From Hyphochytrium catenoides (Eukaryota > Protista > Hyphochytriomycota), in contig FLMG01000988.1 in NCBI GenBank assembly GCA_900088475.1, forward strand, positions 1-64,000: a stretch of 64,000 bases of DNA, written 5' to 3'. Within the stretch, counting starts at the first letter, position 1. The number at the start of each line of letters is the position of its first letter. Both the position numbers and the translations under genes were made by a program. Shown here piece after piece: positions 50,301 through 62,300 of this stretch. The notes beneath the pieces are model-generated. The model ran no database searches and was not told the DNA's origin. It worked only from the letters and a program-made list of their open reading frames with translations.

Positions 50301-53300
50301 CAGGCGTTAGGTCCGCCAGAAGACGGGTACCTAAGGAGCGATCAATTAGCTGGAAGTTGCTCCTCTGATGGAGAAAATTGGGATTGAGCTTTTCTGAAAA
50401 ATGAAACAGCGTCCACCTTAGCAATTTCACACCAGGGCTCTTACAAGTAGCGCACTCGAGTATAGTGTCTTACAAGCCGACATTGTTCAAGCAATGCTTA
50501 CCGTCAAAAGTTCCATCTGAGAACCAAAGTTCGGGTCCATGCTTTCCGTCGTCTGCCTGGAAGTAGATATAATCTCCATAGGTAGTGATGAACTTTGGGA
50601 AGGAGCCTTCGGGTCCGGGAAGCACATCTTTCACTCTCCAGACTCCTTCCTGGTTAGCCTCGCCGTAGGATAACACTCTTTCCCCTTTTGAAAGAGACAC
50701 CCTCCAAAGCTCATAGTCTCTGTCTGTACTTTGCAGGGGTTCTCTAAAGCATTCTTGGCGGCTGATGTTCTCAATTTGGACCATGTCCAATGTAAGAGGC
50801 TCATCTTCCTGAATTACCACGAGCCTACTCTTCACAACGACGTGAGGTGCTGCAGGTGCAGCATCTAGATGAATAAGAACCCGGGCGGCAACCTTTTCAC
50901 TCCTAAAGCAGCTCTCCGGCTCTCTTACAATGTTCTGAGAGAGGTTAGGGTTACAAACCTCTCGTACCTCCACCTGCAGACTCGCAGCTCCCTCAACCGG
51001 CTGCCAAGGAGCATGGTACTGGAGAGTACTGAGGGCTGAGTTGATGTCGCTTAGGGCTGCACTCAAAATTGCAGTGCTGAAACCGTGTATTAAATTCCCG
51101 TCGAGCTTCGTGAGATGCAAATGGTCTGTACTCTGTAGAGGGTTAAATTAGCTTACGCGTGGGAACGACCAAAAGGAATAAATGCTGGATAGAGGTTACC
51201 TGGAAAGAGAGCAGTCCTTGAGAGACGGAAAGAGACACGTCGTACAGGTCCGAGGGATCACCATCAAGCACTTGGAACATGGAGAGGCCCAACACACTTC
51301 CTTCAGTGGCGTGGAGCTCTAGAAACTTATCCTCTTCTGCCGTTCTTACGGGCGTTGCACCAAGTATACTTAGACTAACAGGGTCATTAACACGCTCAAC
51401 CAATATTGGGATCATTAGTCTGGCGTGCTTTGGACCCCCAGCTCCTAAGGAATGGAGCCAAAAGATACGGATTATAAGTGAAGGGCAATAGAGTAAAAGC
51501 AGAAACCAAATGGGAAATCGGAACCAAATGTGTAAAGAGGTAATGGTCGGTTGCGTAGTGAGAACAAGATGCTTGGTCAGGTCTGTGGAAATGGCGACGT
51601 TTGAAGACCATACCAGATAGGCCGTTATCAGAAGCAGTGATTTGAACCATGTCATGTCCAAAGAAGTTCTTTGGTGCAAGGTACACTAAAGATGATAGGA
51701 ACGCGTTCATGGAATTCAAGTCGCCCGAGCGATGAAGCTCCATAGTGCCGATCAAAGATGAGTAGTTGAGAATAAGGGTTCCTCTATCAGCGATGACTGA
51801 AAGATTATACATTCCATCTGACCCACTGTCAACATCCTTTAGTGTAGCGCGAGGTAAGAGCTGCGGTGTGTCTTGGTATGTCCTCACTTGACCAGCATCT
51901 GGACAACGGCAAGCGGAGATGGTGAGATCCTAACGCTTGAGAATGCATGAGATGATTTCTCCCTACCTTCAACAGAAAGAACCGGAGGATCGTTGATGGG
52001 TGCAATGCCCAGTGATATGGTGCGGAAGGATAGCGGGGCAGACACCGAAGAGACTCCAAGGAGACCCAGATTCTCCACCCTAACTCCTAGCTGCACCTCT
52101 CCATAAAGATTTGGGCCAGGAGTATATTCAAGCAAAGAGAGAAGGTGATTGACCTCCTTCATCTTCCCACTGACGGAAATCAAGTGACCTGAGAAGGGTT
52201 GAGGAAGGGTTGGAGCTGATCAGTGCATCAAGTAAGCTCTACGGAAGACATATAAGTTGACAATCAGAGTCACTCGGCTAAAACGAGAATGTAGTCCAAA
52301 TATTAGCAGGTAACTACTTGATAAGCTCAAGAAAATGCAGGAAACTGCTTGGAAGCCTTCGCACACATCTAAGACATAAGCAAAATTGATACCTGCACTT
52401 TCCCGCAATTCCACTGCTGACAAAGATCCCTGGTAGTTAATCTTTCCATAGTTAACGCGCTGCAACTCCTCTCCTTTGACAGCTGCGCCAACTCCTGTAA
52501 GTCCCTCACCCCCGAGCAAAAACTTGTGATCCTCCCAAGGGTTCTCGCGCTGAAACGCAATTGTCCAAATTCTTCCACCCTCCTTGTCCACTGGGCTGCC
52601 AGCCACCTCCACTGAAGCAGATGCATTTGAGCCAGAGAAAGGGGTAAGATCACATATCAAGCCCTTTATGTGCTCAGCCGTGGCGTTATAAGGGATAGGG
52701 CTTGTCAGGAATGGGCCGTAAGATAGACTGAACGTTCCGCCAATTGAATTTGCTGGAGTGATAGCGGAGACGCGGGTCTAGATTCGGGAAATTTGTAAGT
52801 GTCTGCTATGATGAGTTGGGAGACGAACGAGATTATGGTAGTTTGATGCGGCCAAAAAGTTGGAATAGCATAAGGATATTATGGTGTTACAGACTTCCAT
52901 GTAACGGTTACCTTGGCATTCGCTCCTCTTAGGCCGTCGATAATGTCAGGGTGTGGGAAGTCAGCAGGTAGTCCGCGGAAGGTGACTCTCCAGCGAAAAG
53001 AGTTTGGCGGGAAAGGCCCTGACCGCACTACAGATACATGGACATCCGATAGCAACGGACGCCACGTGGGTAGAACCGTCAGTTGGTTCCTGAATAAGTC
53101 CATAATGCGGCTTTCAACGCTTTCTCCAGGTCGTGCGCCATTCTCTAGCGACTCGCCTTCATCTTCTCTCCTTGCAACAGCATTAAAGGCTATAGGGTCC
53201 GACGAAAAAATCGCACCACTGTCACTGCGGAACCCCCTCAAGTCAAAAGACACTATAAAATGCCCCGAGATGACAGATTGCCCGCTTGTAGATATCTCAT

Positions 53301-56300
53301 AAACTGGGTCTACATGCTGGGCCTGTGTACGGATTTGATATAACCTGGGCAGACCGATGCCTAATAGACAATGAGGGTAGAGGAAACCGATGACTGATTT
53401 AGTCAGACCACCGATATATTATGAACAGCAACACGGAATGCAATCAGTTAAGACCCTTCGTGCGCAAAAGCCAAAACATTCAATGTGGCCAAACAAATTC
53501 CCCTCGGCTCACCTCTCTGTATTTGACGTATCTGGACCGCAGCTTTGTGTCCTTTGGTTTTCGACGCAGAGTCATCTCCAGTCTGTACGGGAACAGTCAG
53601 GAGTTCTGAAGTCTCTGCAGAGAGCAATCCTCCCCAGCGCTGAGACAGGAACGTAATAAACCAAGTGAGCTCTCCATGTAGACCTTTTAACGACCTGGTC
53701 ACCTTGATAGGCCCAAGGATCTTCAGCTCCTGACATGCACGTGGGATTGCGTAAAGGGGTTGTTGAGTGAAAGGTGGTCTAAGTGGAAGTACGCTGGATT
53801 AGGGCTACGCTTAGACAAACCTGGAGAGCATCTTGAACTTCCTCAGCTCTTGCGTTATGAGCTATTGGGCGACTAATTAGTCCGCTAAGAGACAGACGGA
53901 AACTCCCTGACAATGCCGTAGCGTATCGCTTAATTGTCAGGCTGATACTGCCATCGGACAAGGATGCCTGGTTGCCGATAACTAATGGGGCAGGGGACGA
54001 ACCCATAGAGTAAAACGTAATCAACCACAATGACTCTCCGATCTGTGGTTTGTTCTCTTGACGGGAAACAATAAACTTAGCCGGAGATCCTTTATCTAGT
54101 AGGCTGTTGAGCTTGCTCATTACCGACTCCCCTTCGCCAATCCCAGGACCACCTCCTGCGCCAGATAACCGTCAGGCACGAGATCAACTTAGCTGTCAAA
54201 AAGGAAGAAGTATGCGCTAAAGCAAGAGAGATTTCAGTAGAGCGAGCCCGGTGGACACTGTCTTTCACACATTACCCATAAGTTCTTGCATATCAGACCC
54301 CACAGCGTTCACAGCAATGGGTCCAGTCTCCCTTTGGGGGTCTGTCTTCCAGCGCAGGGTAAAATGACCCGCAACAGGTGCCGACCCGGTCCTCATGATT
54401 CGCAGAGCCATGATTAAATCCCTAGAAGACACAGAGGTGGACACCGACTGGACCTCAAAAGTTGAGACGTATCCAAAGCCAAAAGTGACGTTAACGATCC
54501 GATCAAGCTCTGGATGCTCCTCTGTGACGGAGAACTAGTCAGAAAACAATCTGCAATAGAAATACGACGGCTAACAAACTGTACCTTCAATGGGAAGAGG
54601 AGTTCGTAGCAAGGTTAAAGACCAAGACAGGTTAACGATTGGCAAGCTATTCAATAGATCCAGGTGCTCAGAAAAAGGATGAAAACATCACAGTGCAGGA
54701 AGCATAGGACGCGGTGGGATAAGCCGTTCGAATTCTTACCATACGGTCTGCTCTCTTGCTCAGGAAGCACTGGGAGGGAAAGCGATATCGGAACGGATGT
54801 GCCTTTATCCTCGTCCAGGCTAAGAACTGCTGGAGCCTGTATTGTTACCCGTTGTTCATTTTGTTGAACCTCTAGAGCCAGAATCTCCTTCGCAGTGCTA
54901 CTCCTACCATTAAGAGTCTTCTCTACCGAGAGATATACCTCCTGAGGCAAGCCAAACCCGAGCCTGACGGCAAAACTAACTGAAGCTAGGACTTCCGTTG
55001 CCTGGCGCCACTCTGCGATATATGTCAGATTGGAAGTGGAAGTCAAAGGGTTGTTGACCCAGAGGATGTCCGAAAATTCCTTCATAGGGAGAAACAGGGA
55101 CCCAGGAAAGGAAACGGAGATGGAAACGAGATAGGTGGCTCCATCCGGAGTGTTATCCGCAAGCCGGAGTCCAAAAAGTGGAGCAAGTAGAGTAAGCTCT
55201 CCGTCTGTCACCTTAGCAGACGGCGAGTCCAAAACTATCGTCACATTTTCGTTCGGAATGACCTTTGCCATAAGTGATAATGTGGCACCGCTAAGGTCGT
55301 CGTTGCTGTAGGAGTGTCCTTCTGTCAAATGCAGGTCGATGTTGTCTGCGCCTAGAAAAAAAGGTTGTGGAAAATAATATATGTGTGACAAAGCGATGTT
55401 CATCGCCAGGGGGCTTCCTACGAGCCTTAATGAGGAGTTACCCCTTGGTTCTTGAGTGTTAAAAATGCCAATTCCTTCCAAACTCGGCGATGCATGGAAG
55501 ATCCCATGGCTGCACGATATATTCAAGACCATCACAAAATCTTCCGGAGGTAGTTCCCAGTCAGGATACGTGAGCTGCACATGCGTCAAGCTGAAAGAGG
55601 CTCCACTTTCTACTTCTACAAAGGCCTCTCCATTCAGGACTGGCTTGTTCGTAAAGGTAAGCTGGGGCGCTCGTTTCAGCCTCTCTATCGCGACTCGAAG
55701 GTACTGAATCTTCGATACTCCACAGGCTGTCACGTTTAGTGACAGTATCTCCACTCCGTGGAAAGAAGTATGCGGCATATAGTGCAGACGCTGTACTGTT
55801 TCATGAACCTCTCTTAAAGCGCCATGCATGGTGTACGCCGAGTGAGAAGCTTCTCCTTCATAGACCCCTTCGGCGTCTAACATTACTATCCGACCGGACT
55901 TCTTTGCGAGTTCGAACGCGATCGTCCACGGGCATTTCCGCGTGTGGTTATTGTGAGGAACCACTTGCATAGAGGACAAAAAGAGTAACTCGCCCTCGAT
56001 ACCTCTATACCCTTGAGGTGGAGCCAGGATGTCGAAACTAGGCAGTTGGGCAAGACGTCTTACCCTCCAGGTCATTGTCGCGTTTAGGTGTCGCAACGGT
56101 TCGGAGGACGTTTCCAATGAAAATGAGGGCCCATTGGCGGGGAATCCATCGTCCCACACAACAAACGACACGACTTCATCTACGTCTTGGTGCTCCGTAA
56201 TAGGCAGGTAAGCCAGCGAGCTGAAGTAGGTGTTTAGCACATCCAAAGGGGCAGCAAAGGAGAGGACACCATGCGAACTGAGAGATGGTGTATTCAACCC

Positions 56301-59300
56301 GGAAAGAGGACTTTTGCCGTCAAACAGAGGAGTAAAGCTGCGCACGTCCCGGTTACCCATAATGCCCAGTAGACCTTGGTGTGATTGTATCTCAACCCTG
56401 ACGTTTCTCCAGCTGTTGGGTGTATAGTCTGGATCAGATACTGTTATCGGAGGTATCGGGATGAGACCTTTTGCATGTTGCGTGGTTGCTTCTTCCATAA
56501 GGGGTCTTACAATCTTGAGCCTTGGACTGTGATTTACTTCTTTTACGTACACCAAGAGTTTGGAGGTATCCAGCAGGATTGAGGATGTTAAAAGGTCACT
56601 TTCTTTCGTGAAAGAAGCTGAAAGGGAGAGTGGCATATGCTGGAACAAGGATATCTGGACGGAGTCCATATGGGATGCCTGTAGAGCTGCGGCTTGCCCA
56701 ATTTCGTAGTAGACTTGCTTTATCAATCCATTAAGGACTTCGACACTTCCAAGCAGATGAAGCTCAGTCCCGTTTTCCGACAGTAACATCCTGTACCCTT
56801 CACTCTCTACATTCTGAACAGACGTCCGCATGAACCCTAGCTGTCCGAAGGATGAAGAGAATTGGAGGCGGCAAAGCATATTGGAGGAAGCCATAATGCG
56901 ATAACCTAAGGATATGTGGTAAGAATACACGCGATAAGGATAGATTTCACAATGCGAGAGGTCGGACACGACGTTAGCTCAGAACTCAAGCCTCATTATG
57001 CAGTAGAGATGGAATAGAACCAGAGCGAGACCAAGACTGGGCAAGTAAGGAATGTGGACTCTTCGGCTTCACATCGCAGGAAGTTTAGTCTTACCTTTTG
57101 GAAAGTAATACAATTCCCCTTCAGAAATAGTAAGAGCTGGTGGCAATCCTACAAGGGATGGAGCCACGTCCTCAACGCTTACCACCAGATATACGGTTGA
57201 TCGAGCGGTCAAGGGGCCCCCAGATCCAGTGTTTCCATTATCGGTCACCCACAGAGACAGAGAGACATTTCCTTCTTTTGCTCCAAAGAGGAACAAGCCC
57301 TTGCTGAGTACGTCATTGACTGCTCCTATGGTCCCGGATATCTGCACATCTCCGAACCGGCTCCCTGCATCGTCCATTATCCATGTGCCTGGAAATGAAC
57401 CCTTCACTACCAAGTGGCCCACTGAAGACTTAAGCCTAGCCGTTAGAAAGCCTTCTGACGACTCATCCAGGTCCGGGTCGTAGAGAGTGAAGAACGAACA
57501 TGGAAGCTCTCCAGCACCCAGCAGCGGGAGAGTTTGTGGATGGTCTCCACCGTCGTCATCATTTTCTGTGAAAATAACTGGAGGGTCATTTACAGGATTG
57601 ACCCAGACGGAAATGGAACTTTGACTCGCTTGTCCCGTACCCCTTGCAAGAAGAGAGACTGAGAGTTCATCGAACCCATTAAAGTTTTCTCTTCCCAAAT
57701 AGTGGAGGGTAGACAAGACATGAGAGGCCCCGAAAAGTGAAATGTTCGTACGTAGAACTCCCTGATCTGACACAATGCGAGAGTCAGATCCTGCCAAACT
57801 CTCTCCGAAAAGGAACCGAGGAGAAGCAGGTCCCGCTAATCCTTCTGGGTGTAGGGTCATCGCCAGGGTCCCTTGAGTACATGAAGCAGTGACTTCTATG
57901 AGTTCATCCTCCTCCGGCCAGTAGTTGCATTCTACTCCTATCTCACCCACAGCAAGCAGCACGTCTTCAGTGCCCTCTATAAAGTCTGAATTGGTACCGG
58001 AGACAAAGCGAGGCGAGCAGTGCAAAAAGGGCTTTGACCCCCACTTTATCTCTAGCGTTTCGGTGGCCAAACCCCCGTTTTCGTCGTCCGCTACAAGATC
58101 GACAGCCATGAGCTTGGAGTATTCCTTGGACATTGGAAGAAATGCCATAGAGGAGAGCAGCCTATTGATACTTCCAAGCTCCCCCCGAAACTGCAGGAAG
58201 TTTACGGTCTAGGGAGGTAAATACATAAGAATTCCAGTAAGTTTGTATGTTTAGAGCTCTAAAAGAATATTAGAGCAAAAGGAAGCTAACTGGACACCAA
58301 AGACGGACAGATGGGTAGCTAGAGTCAATTCGTGGAACAGTTATGAGAGAGAAGCTGAAAGAGGGGAAATGAGCGCCGCGGACAGTACCGTATTGCCATC
58401 CCAGTCCAGAAAAGTAAGTCCGGCGGTGGAAGCGAAAGGGAAACTGAGTAACCCTCCTGTACTAGCAAGGGAGACTTTCAGCTGCAGATAGGGCTGTAAG
58501 TGTGCATCTACATCCATAACTTCTGAAGGGATCGTAAGAAAACCTTCTTGCGCTTCTTCCACTATGTGGGGTGAGGAAGCGACCCACCGAACCTGTGGCT
58601 TATCGTTAACGGCGTTGACTGTGAAGGCCAGATCCATTGTAAAGTGGCGACGAGAAAGGTCACTATCCTCATATGATAAAGAGACCTGACATTCTGTGAG
58701 GCCAAAGAAATCTTGACTGGGCATAAACTGCAGCGTTGTGAGTGCGGAGTTAATGTCTACGACGGAGCCTGCGACCTGCAGTTGATGATTGTCGCTATCT
58801 ATCTGGTTCAAGAAAACCTGTAGGTTGACTACGGATAACAGAGAGAGAGAACCATTTACACAATTAAAGCTCGCGTGAATCACCCTCTGCATGGTCTCTT
58901 CCGCGTTGATATCCACGCTCAAGCCTGTGACAAGGACAACTTCATCTTCGTCCACGGTCCAGATCGGTGGATTCTGATGAACCGTAAGGTGGGGAGGTTC
59001 ATGTCCAGGTTTTCCTATAACGGGTATAGCATATGATGTCTTGGCAGTCGCTCGCAGCGCGTCATCGTCTGAAGGACGGAGAAAAGAAAGATTACAGCCA
59101 CTTAGTGCTATTTCTTCCGCAGTACAGGAGCCAAAGAAGTGCAATCGGTACGGCTTGAAGTGGCTTGTTCACTTCTTTCAGGGCAGATGAGAATCTTAGA
59201 GACTGTAGCACGGCTAAAATGGGCTACTAAATACCGAAAGGGACAGCTATGAGAGCAAAGGAAATTTTTAAGGATGCTAGTCATGCATTGATGCGACGCA

Positions 59301-62300
59301 GGGGAGGAGGGAGGGGGTTAAATAAGGGTTAGATCTTACTTTCTTCGACCTCCATTGACAGATGTATATGTATTGTATCCACTCCATCAAAGCGCGGCTT
59401 GGGAGAGTACAGAGCTTTCCCTAGGCCACAATTGACACTGGCCAGGGTGCCCTTCATAATAAAGGGGCGAGAAGCGGAAGCCGCAGTGGCGGAATTGAGC
59501 GCAGGACTAGGCATGGTCTCAGGAGGAATAGCCAATAGACCCTCGCAATAGCCCACCACATCGATGGTGCAGTTCCCGCAGGACAGGGTCAGTACTACCG
59601 TAGCGTCGGAATGCTCATAGTTTGACTTTAACGCAACTTCTTTCAAAGCAGCAGCCTATAGGTGCGAATGCAAAGGATGTTTAGCCATGTTGTCTGTGGG
59701 ACCGAGGGAGAAGGGCTGGAAAACCATATGATAAAAATTTTGCTATCAAACGTTTGTTGCATCCAAGACCTAGTTAGGTGTAGAAGGTTAAGCCGCCAAA
59801 AGGGTCCTAGTAGCTGTTACGCGGGAAACACCTTTACCTTAGTGCCCCTGACAAAAATAGACTCGGGCACGTTAAGGGTCAGTTCTTGACGAAGCTCCTG
59901 AACCCAGATATCAACTTTTAATCGCGTTTCTTGTAATCTTCCACCATCCAACATTCGGCCCGAAACCGTAAAGAGAGCTTCGACTGGCCCATGTTGCTGT
60001 GTTGAGGGTACAAAGCTGAGGGTCTTGAGGACTCTGTTAATGTCTTTGGCTGTTCCTTGGAAGAATAGCAGAGAGTTGAGGGCAGATGAGGAAGTGGTTG
60101 ACGAGATCACCTGCACACCACTTTTGTCCAACAGCATGATGGAGCCAGCAGGCCGAGTGACAATGGTGAGATCGAGTACGTTGGCTTCATCCTCAACAGT
60201 CACAGGACAGGGTGCGATGGACGGCAGTGGACAATGATCCTCAAGTCTAAGAGTAGAGAAGTGCAAAGTCTCATTCTGGGCCACCAAGTAAAACTCTGAG
60301 TCAATGGTGAGGGCTAGAAATGGAGCAGGAAATTAAGGTATGTATTAGCCCGGCCCCAATGCCCATGCGGCCGAAAAAGGTGGTGACTTACTTGGGGCTC
60401 TTGTAAATGGCAATAAAGCAAGAAATAAGACCTTCGTCGTAGTTGACAATGTCTGCCCTTGCTCATCCTCAGCCGTCATGACTAAGTTCAATATCCTTTG
60501 TGACACAGGGCCCGGGTAGAGTTCACGAACCTCCCATGCTAACTTCTCTGGAGATAAGGCAACAGACGAAGGCTCAACTAAAGGAATGTCACCAAGGGTT
60601 GGGGAGAAGCTGATCACCCAAGTTCGTGTGTGCTCTTGCCTGAGGGAATGGGGGATTAGCTCAAAAGAAAGTATAGGCGTTATAAACGGAAGGCATTTCT
60701 GGAAGTTTCAGTCGGAGCTACGGTGCTCGAAAAGAAATATGCGTTAAAAAACACCTCGTTCCGATCCTTACGAATCAAATCTTTGGATGCCTCGAACATA
60801 ATCTGGGAATGGGAATTCTTGGCGAAACAGTGCCAGAAACTCGTCCGACGAGGCATTGACAGGGACAGCAGGAATAGAGATGGTGTGCCCATTCAGCTTC
60901 AGCGAGATACTGCAGGATTAGAACCCAAGAAGGGAGAAGGTGAAAGCCCTTAGCGATTCGGCGAGTGATATGGATTCTTTCTGAGTTAGTCTCCGAGCGT
61001 GGCAACGGACTAGGTCGGAGGGGTCATTCCGAGAAGCAGAGGCCAAGAGCTCAAACACGCACCTAAAAGCACCAAAGCGATCAAGTCCGGCCATATCGTT
61101 CTCAATCAGGACATTGGGAGTCTCAGTCCCTCGCAGCTGGACGAGGTCGTTCTTGACCAAAGTGAACGACAATGCCGTGAAAGGCACATTCCGGAGCTCA
61201 ACCCCCCAAATGTACTCACCATCCATCGATTGTAGAGATCTAGTGACAACCACGCGCTGTGAAGAGGATCAGCTAACAAGCAAACGCTAAGGACGGCGTC
61301 ACAACAGCACCAACCATGCCGGGAAAGACGTCGTCGGTCCCTCCTTCTTGTATAGTAGTGACAGCAACTTCGCCATGGGGAAGGGATGCGACGCCAATTG
61401 AAAACTGCTCAGAGTCGCCTAACTCAAGAGGAAAGGTGATGCGCCAAGAGAATCCTCCTTGACTGTTGATTGAGCGCTGAGTTAAGGTTGAGTTAGTACC
61501 TTGTCTGATCAGCGACAGAAGCAGGATAATACCATACCTCGATTTGCAAACCCGCAAAGACATCTTGGAGGGTATTGAGTGCATCCCGCAATTCGTCGCT
61601 CCCTGTAAAGCATCATATTCATCATTAACTTACTGCTAAGCTTCGAACGGGTCTCAGAAACAGGACATCATATAACGTATGCAAGCGGTGGAATAACGAT
61701 GAAGAACATTGAGTAGTAGTTTTTAAAGTTTCGGGAACATCTTGACATTCCTCACCTATGTTGTAGGGTAGAGGACTGGTGCTCTTGCCGTTCGCATAGA
61801 CCGTGAAATAGCCAGAAGTCACTTCTGAGGCTGGGGCAACAGCTTTTGTGGTGATCATCTACGTGCCGTTTAGCATCATCAGGAATACGGTAAACAGAAG
61901 CAAGTTAGCCCACCGAGCGTAAACAAAGGGAGAATAGGCCAATCGAGGACGTTGCTTTGGAAGGTTCCGGTAATGAAATTATACAGACCTGAATCTCAGG
62001 CACACTGCTATCTCCGTAGATACCATCTCTGCCGGCGAAACAAGACATTCCAAGGATGCCCTCTTGTAATGATAACGCTTGGTCTGGGCCAGACCTCACG
62101 GGCAAAGCATTAAAAGGTATGGGAGGAGAGGAACAGATGGCGTCTTCGGGTCTGTCAAAGTGCCGGTTCGGGTAGGAAAAGAAAAGAGTCCGGAGGTCTA
62201 TTCCCAGAGAGAAAGATCCACCCGCAATGCCAGCTTCAGAGGAAGTATGGATTTTCATCTTGAATCTATCATCTGGGACACGGACAGTAATTTCCTGAGA

